From the NCBI GenBank assembly GCA_958009085.1, contig OY253684.1:496001-560000 (forward strand): DNA of 64,000 nucleotides. The letters run 5' to 3'. The stretch comes from Protoeuglena noctilucae (Eukaryota). The translations under genes were made by a program, and so were the position numbers. Within the stretch, counting starts at the first letter, position 1. Each line of letters begins with the position of its first letter. The notes beneath the pieces were generated by a model. That model was not told where the DNA came from. It searched no databases and saw nothing but the letters and a program-made list of their open reading frames with translations. Below are positions 62,334 to 64,000 of this stretch, in pieces.

Positions 62334-63036
62334 CCCGCCCAGCGCCCGCGAGATCCGACTTCTCCCCCTCACGCCCCGTTGCCTCGTCGTGTACTGTCGC
62401 CAGTGTGTCGCCAGCGTGCCAGAGCCTCCGGCACCTCTTCCGGCTTCGGCTGCGGACTCTTCACTTTACTTGCATCCCTTTCCTGTTGGCCACCCCTGGC
62501 TCCATTGCAGACTCGTCCAACCTCGAGCAAAAGCCTTGCTTGCTCGTCTGTCTTCGTTGAACTCGCGCCCCTGGATTGCGCTTCATACAGCAGGGCGTCA
62601 TAAGAACCTCGCGCTGCGTGAGCCGCTTGAGCCGAAGAGGCCCGGTCGCGGAAAGAGGGAGGTGCGAACCGCCGCTGCTCTGGGATGGCGGGAGACGCCG
62701 GGGGACGCATTCACACCCTCTGCTTCCGCCTCTTTCTGATTGATCCTTATTGTATGCGCCATTGGATGCCTTGATCCGGCCCTTTCCTCGTCTCCCGTCG
62801 CTGTCCCGATCACTTTTTCGCCAGCAGTGCTTGGACCCAGCGCCCCGCGCGCCACAGGCCTCCTGCGGTGCAGGACGGACGCGTCAATGATTGAGTTAGT
62901 TCTGTTTCGATGGACGAGGGCCGGCATCGACGCAGAACGCGACAACGCGCTGCGTTTTCCGGTTCCCGGCGTACACACTCTGCTCTGGCCGTCCGCTCGA
63001 CGCCCGGCCTCGCTTTTTCCCACCGCAGGGGCAGAG

Positions 63037-63822
63037 ATGGCGAGGCATCTTGCGTCCATCTACGCCACGGAGAAGGACCGCGTGAACTGCCCCTTCTACC
63101 TCAAGATCGGCGCCTGCCGGCACGGGGACCGCTGCTCCCGCCTCCACACGCGGCCGGCCATCTCCCAGACCATCTTGGTGTCCAACATGTACCAGAACCC
63201 GGTGTTGACACAGGTAGGCGGCGTGGGACGCGGCACTCCGCGGCGCCCGCGCTTTCCCAACCGAAGGGAGCCGCTTGGCTTGCCCACCCACTCCATCACG
63301 CCCCGCTCCGCTTCCCTGCCTGCAGCCTATCGGAGAGGACGGTTTGCCTATGCCCATCGACCCCCAGAAGAAGCTGGACGACTTTGAGGACTTCTTCGAG
63401 GACGTCTTTGCGGAGATGGCCAAGTTCGGGGAGGTGGAGGAGATGCAGGTGGTGGACAACCTCAACGATCACCTCGTCGGAAACGTATACGTTAAATACA
63501 AACGAGAGGAGGACGCGGCCAAGGCGTTGCAGGGGCTCACAGGTGCGCTGCGGGCTGTGCAGGGTACTGCTGGCCACCTGCAGCCCCTCTCGTGACTTGC
63601 TTTGGCCGGTGACGTGTGATATGCAAGACAACGCTTCCCTTTTCGCAGGGCGCTTCTACTGGGGCCGGGCGCTGCAGGTGGAGTTCTCTCCCGTCCTCGA
63701 CTTCCGCCAAGCCACCTGCCGCCAATACGAGGAGCAGGTCTGCAACTACGGGGGCCACTGCAACTACCTGCACATGATGCCGATGACCCGCGAGCTCGCC
63801 AAGCGGACGTACGGGCGGCAGA
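63037..63822 (+). CDS. U2AF1: Splicing factor U2AF small subunit (U2AF35); probably continues past the window
   Basis: [53 protein letters not shown], second finger [19 protein letters not shown]. Confidence 0.97.
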
Positions 63823-64000
63823 GGTGAGCGGGCTGCGTCGAAGCGTCTGCCGAAACCGTTGATGCGCCTCGGATATACCGGTAGGGCCTGTGCAGTGCCC
63901 GGCGGACTGATGGGGCGCTAGATCCGAAGACGGCGGGTATCGGCACCGCGGGGCCTCCAACCTTGCGCGTGCCATAAAGCCGCCGCGATATGCCACGCGG

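Noticed and set aside
8060..63996. Many long antisense or overlapping ORFs in the six-frame track
   Set aside because: Shadow frames of GC3-rich exons or read-through into introns.

Overview
GC-rich, intron-rich eukaryotic nuclear DNA, most likely a chlorophyte green alga (inferred from an OPR-RAP protein, a NAR1-type FNT transporter, a thylakoid-targeted coiled-coil protein and a TGTAA poly(A) signal). Bases 1-7.9 kb are a retroelement block. It opens with an uninterrupted L1/Tx1-like non-LTR ORF2 (end of APE, RT, archaeal-type RNase H, CCHC finger). About 3 kb of non-coding DNA follows and looks like a strand-specific folded RNA: a UUCG-capped hairpin, a ~180-bp G-U-rich long-range stem closing a ~950-nt G-poor loop, a 22-bp tandem array and further tetraloop modules. 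A decayed, 5'-truncated second copy of the element's 3' end closes the block. Bases 8-64 kb are densely packed spliced genes: FNT/NAR1, MFP1-like, FIG4/SAC, NOL9, OSCA/TMC-like, NFKBIL1-like, DDX54, a divergent compact retinoblastoma-like pocket protein, a HAD-IIB hydrolase, ATG1, LRRC43-like, OPR-RAP, S6K with a coiled-coil N-extension, U2AF35, and three hypotheticals. About 17 introns need a GC donor (mostly AG|GCGAG). All gene models and alignments were made by eye with no database search. Several start codons are uncertain.
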